Shown here piece after piece: positions 59,401 through 64,000 of a stretch of 64,000 bases of DNA (positions within the stretch are counted from its first letter, which is position 1; each line of letters opens with the position of its first letter). The notes beneath the pieces are model-generated. The model saw nothing but the letters and a program-made list of their open reading frames with translations, was not told the origin of the DNA and made no database searches. Position numbers and translations under genes: made by a program. Source of the DNA: Lingula anatina (lineage: Eukaryota > Animalia > Brachiopoda); NCBI GenBank assembly GCA_051362555.1, contig CM120642.1:13578001-13642000 (forward strand), in the 5' to 3' direction.

Positions 59401-62400
59401 TGCTAGGACACGTACACACTGGGCTCCCTTTGTCACCAGTACAGCCGTGAGTACACGTACTGTTTAGACAGGGATCGCTGGTGTCGGTCACTGGAAATGT
59501 AGAGTAATTACTGCAATGGCTCACATGGTAGGGTAATACACACACTACATATAAGAAATGGCCCCAGTTCAGGCCGTGCAAGAAATTCCTTTCCCAAAAA
59601 CACCCAGCACACACATTTTATATACTCTCAGTAATTATAAAATCGGACACCTAGGCTGGCAACAGGTCTTCTGATATAGATGTACAGGGAGTATATTGGT
59701 TTTAATTCAAGGAATCGAAACATCTGCCTCTGTTATCTAGTTAAATACACCATAGCGTTTGGATATCAATTTTAGGAGGGAATGGGAATTGAATTTAATT
59801 CGAATTGAAATAAAGTTTCAATAAAATTTTCGTTTTAACTCATTAAATAGAAAATAAGATGAACATTAAGTTATATCTGTCCAAATGGTCAATCATACAA
59901 AATTTGCGTTCCTGTTGTTATTACCTCCGCATATGTTAACATAGCAGTAATGCCACTGAAACTGAGGGAACTTGTACACATAGTATCCTCCCGGACATTT
60001 CCGCACCATGGCGTAGTCATAGGTGGTTTGAGAGTTATCGTAACAGGTACAGCTGGAGGACAGAGTACAGATTTTTCGTTTAACGATGCCGGCCTTGACA
60101 GTTGGATGACCTCCCAAAAGCCATCGTGTCATACCATTTCCTCCACAATGACCCCAGGTCACACACTGGAGACAGATGTTTGGTTTTAATTTTCATCGGT
60201 GTAAGTTAGTTGTTAGTAAGTAAGTAGTTAACAGTTTTACATTTTGGATAAGAAGGCGCAGTTTTAATTTAATTTTTTTTAATTTCTTGGGTAAGTGTTT
60301 ATTGACGTTGGCCCCAAACCTTCCTACTGACAAATTATTGTTAGCACTTACATGAAAAGTGTGTCCAGCTTGGGAACGGGTGCTTATTTTACCTACTGGT
60401 TTATCTCTGTGAATCTTCAGTAAGTTGGATGTGCTGCTGAGTGATGAGCGGAATAAGAAATTAACACTGGACTTACAACTCATGTACCCGGTATATAGAT
60501 GAAAAACCCAATTACAGGTAACATGCTATAATTAGGCCTACTGTTATTATTCAAGAGTCATTTGTTAACTTGCCGAGTCAGCCATCCGGTTGCCCGCGGC
60601 TTTCACAAATCTGTACCAGCCTTCGAAACTTGTATCAGTGTCACAATAACTGTTTGACCCATACTGTGCATTTCTCCATTCTTGATCCAAAAGATTGTAC
60701 CTCTTACATGGATCCACTGAAAAAATTCCATGAAATGTAAAGTAACTGGGTCCACTGTACTAGTTTCACTTTGAAATCCCATTAATTTTTTTAACTTAAA
60801 ATTGTTCATAGTCTATGTACGGTATCAGATAAAACTGAGAAAGCTGTATGCAAAACTATACAACATTTTTGTTTATTTTGAAAGGAAATTTAACTGTTAA
60901 AGACACGTGTTTTTTTCTGTTGGACTTCAATTAATTTTGACATTTAAAATGTACGTACCGCACGTTTTCTGATCTTTGTCTAACTCCATGGTGTCCGGGC
61001 ACTCACATGTTTTGCTACCAGCTCCTTGTGACCGACATGTATGACTACAGCCGCCATTGTTTTTTGAACACGGAGATACTGAGAGTAAAACACAGTAAAT
61101 GTGCCCTCTAGTGTTTCAGTAGCAAATTCAAATAAATGTGTGTGTGCGTGATCCCTCTCTCTCTCTCACTCTAAAATCATTTAAGAAAACGTAATAACTC
61201 ATCCTCAATATGTAGGTCCAACATATGAAAGTGGCAAATGAAGTTAAAGATATACTTGCGATTTCTAGTTTTTCTAAATCTCGGTGAAAGAAAGTTATAA
61301 ATCTGGCTTTTTGTGTAAATCATTGCTAATTTTAAAATCCATGCCTTGCTAGTAAAGGGGTTTAAGCTCATCTTAGTAACGAAAGTTTTAAAAACAACTA
61401 CCCTACAAAACTTGGGTATTGCGAGATGCCCGTTTATTTTACTGACACATTTTATCGTCAACGTCAAATACATTTTTTCAGAATGCCTGGTAAAGAGTTT
61501 TTGCAAATTGCTTTCAATCCAGGTTTGTCATCTTTCGTGTACAACAATAGAGGGTACCGGAGGATTGTGCCGGAAGTGACGTGTAGTGGTGTAAGACGTG
61601 AAGCTGAGTGGTCATTTTTAGCTGGAGGTGAACGGAAGTGAAGATGATGGCTCAGAGAATAAAAAAACAATTTTTCCACCAACATAGTGAGATAACATTT
61701 ATTCTTTTGGTATTTTGGGTAGAAAATACTTGTAGAAATAAAAGGTACATGATATCAAAACGTGTTACGATACTTGAAGGTGCAAAATCGTGCTTAATTT
61801 GCTGTTAATTTGTTATGAAGTAGGGGGCCTATATGCCGTATCGACCGACAGCGCGACAAAGAGCGTCAAGGGAAAAGAATTCTTGCGAGGCTGTAAATCG
61901 TTGTCAAATTGTGGAATTTTTGCATGTACATGTATGTAATCTGATATGCCCATATCTAATTATTTTTTGGGTGGTTATGGTATGTGCTGCAATTATAACG
62001 ATGTTTTACAGTCCTTGAAGAACCCTGTGAAAACCAGGAAGTAGTTTACAACTGACATCTGAATCACACCGAACCACGATCGCTGTGCAATGATTTATCA
62101 AGCTATTGAGTTATTTAGCATATACAGACATTGTCTGAGACGTTAGATCTCATACTCGTTTCCTGACAAGTTGCAATTTTTCTACTTTAATAATATTATA
62201 TTAAGATTCCATATACATATGTTCAGTAGACTTTGAAATTATGTGCATTACATATTTAACAAACTGTTAGACAAGAGAGATCACGCACGAGGAATTACAC
62301 ACGCACACACACACACATACATTTGAATTTCCTACTGATACAACAGAGGGCACATTTACTGTGGTTTACTTCAGTAAGAATGAACCAAGTTCCACTTGGA

Positions 62401-63265
62401 CAAACGATTCTGCTCGCTTACTTTTGATAAAATAGAAAATAAATGAATAAATTAATATAGGGCCTATATAGGCCTACTGAGAACTAGAAAAGCACTCAGA
62501 GAGCGCAGACCCCCGCCAAGACAGCAAAGTCTCCATGCCGTTTCACCCCTAAATTTTCATTCTATAATGATTTAGTATTTTGATTTTTATTATTGATTAT
62601 TGATTGATTATTGATCCGGATCACCACCAAAAACTAATCATCTGTTCCTTGGCCCACTTCTGACAGTTCCTGAAAATTTCATCAAAATCGGCCATTACGT
62701 AGTTTTTTTATTTTTGATTATTGATTGATTATTGATCCGGATCGCCACCAAAAACTAATCATCTCTTCCTTGGCCCATTTCTGACAGTCCCTGAAAATTT
62801 CATTGAAATCGGTCCATAACTTTTTAAGTTATGTTGATGACAGACAGACAGACAGACAGACAAACTAGAAAAGCTCCAGAGAGCGCAGACCTCCGCCAAG
62901 GCAGCAAAGTCTCCATCCAATGCCGTTTCACCCCTAAATTTTCGATATTTTTGATTATTGATTATTGATTGATTATTCTAAGTTAACCCATTTCTGACCT
63001 ACCCTGAAAATTCCATCGAAATTCGTCCATTACTTTTTGAGTTACGTTGATGACAAACAAACAAATAAACAAACAGGGGTGAAAACATAACCTCCTTGGC
63101 GGAGGTAATGAGTGGAATTATACGTAGCGAAATACTACTCACTGCAGCTTTGGTTTTGGCTTGAGTTGAGTACGTTAGCTGGACACGTGCACTGCGCCTG
63201 TCCATTCTGGTTGACACACCCATATGTACAGTTACTGTCCAAGCACGGGTCACTGGTGTCTTTTA
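56429..63265 (-). CDS. EGF/D8C modular extracellular protein (uromodulin/OIT3-like modules), 5'-partial; exons 63265-63143 (EGF), 61078-60959 (EGF), 60716-60574 + 60165-59925 (D8C), 59490-59368, 59017-58898, 58523-58404, 58097-57981 (EGFs), 57715-57593 (Ca-binding EGF), 57307-57277 (micro-exon), 56999-56429 (Cys-rich C-terminal domain)
   Basis: Phase-1 symmetric exons encode NNGGCSH-type EGFs; D8[15 protein letters not shown]...GWYRF...[13 protein letters not shown]...WLLGGHPTV...[11 protein letters not shown]; cb[41 protein letters not shown]. All splice phases are consistent. Confidence 0.87.
62482..63108 (-). mobile_element. Tandem/nested Helentron-associated elements (HINE-like)
   Basis: Minus-strand head attacctccgccaaggaggttatgttttcacccctg followed by (TTTG)n/(TCTG)n microsatellites and about 118-bp internal repeats; two 3' ends cttggcgg(a/g)ggtctgcgctct...ttttctagtt at about 62482 and 62863. 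Confidence 0.75.
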
Positions 63266-63420
63266 CTAATCAATAATGTGGAAATTATAACATTTAGCAA
63301 TAATCAAGTGATTTAAATGGTAAATATGCGGGCTTTCGTGGTAATGGTTCCTGCAATTCAGCTCATTCACTGTAAGTTAATAACATTTAAACATTATGGA
63401 TGGTATTGTGTGTTTCAATA

Positions 63421-63969
63421 GGGGAGACCGGGGCTAGTGGGACCACGGGGTAAGTTGTTTAAAAAAAAAAAAAACTCAAACTAAAACTAAAACTGAATTT
63501 GTTACTTTCTTTTAAAACGAAAATTTATTATTCGTTTTCATTAATTAGAAACCTGCTTCATACCATTATTAATTAATTCTTTATTAAAACAAAACAAATT
63601 TTATTGATAGATATTTTGGTTCTTGCAACACATACAACGTGACGTACGGAAACCTCAATAAATCTGCCTCGTTTGAACTATTTATTCATCAAAGACTCTC
63701 AAAAATCAATTTAATAAATTTAAAATGTATAGTATAAAAATGTATTTCAAAGCGTTTACATGGGATATTTACTTCATTTTTGTATGACGTCAACTGCGTT
63801 TTTTGTCAAATTATGAGCCATCTGGCATTATATTTGAAAAATAATGACGTTGCATGCGTAACTTAGTTCATGGGCTTATTTTGAAACCGGTTTTGTTACT
63901 CTAACTCATTCCTAGTTGGCTTTACAAGGCCAAAAGTGTCTAACTGGGCCAACTAGCCCCGGTTTGCCC
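63421..63969. mobile_element. TA-flanked MITE (Tc1/mariner-pogo-like)
   Basis: TA|ggggagaccggggctagtggg ... ccaactagccccggtttgccc|TA. Confidence 0.7.
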
Positions 63970-64000
63970 TATCTCATATTTTACAAATGGCAAAATTATA

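Overview
AT-rich, intron-containing genomic DNA from an invertebrate animal (a lophotrochozoan such as a mollusc is plausible; the taxon is inferred). Hand-splicing recovers four host genes that the ORF track mostly misses. (1) SURF1 (+): 9 exons in the window, 5' end upstream, with an 18.9-kb intron. (2) ABCF1 (-): 18 coding exons, about 717 aa, tail-to-tail with SURF1. (3) A two-exon K2P potassium channel (-, about 408 aa). (4) The 3' part of an EGF/D8C modular extracellular protein (-) ending in an unrecognised 10-Cys domain with an internal RRKR site. The most notable feature is a 6.5-kb DNA transposon at 46930-53416. It has TATGG..CCATA termini, a 6-bp AATTAT target-site duplication (TSD) and long terminal inverted repeats (TIRs), matching the IS3EU type. 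It carries a decayed, intron-rich DDE transposase with a Cys-rich N-terminus and a convergent second gene remnant whose start mirrors the transposase start. Helentron-associated elements, several MITEs, a TTAA-flanked Kolobok-like element, mini- and microsatellites, and a sharp CpG-depletion boundary near 33.3 kb are also present. All alignments were done by eye; no database searches were run.
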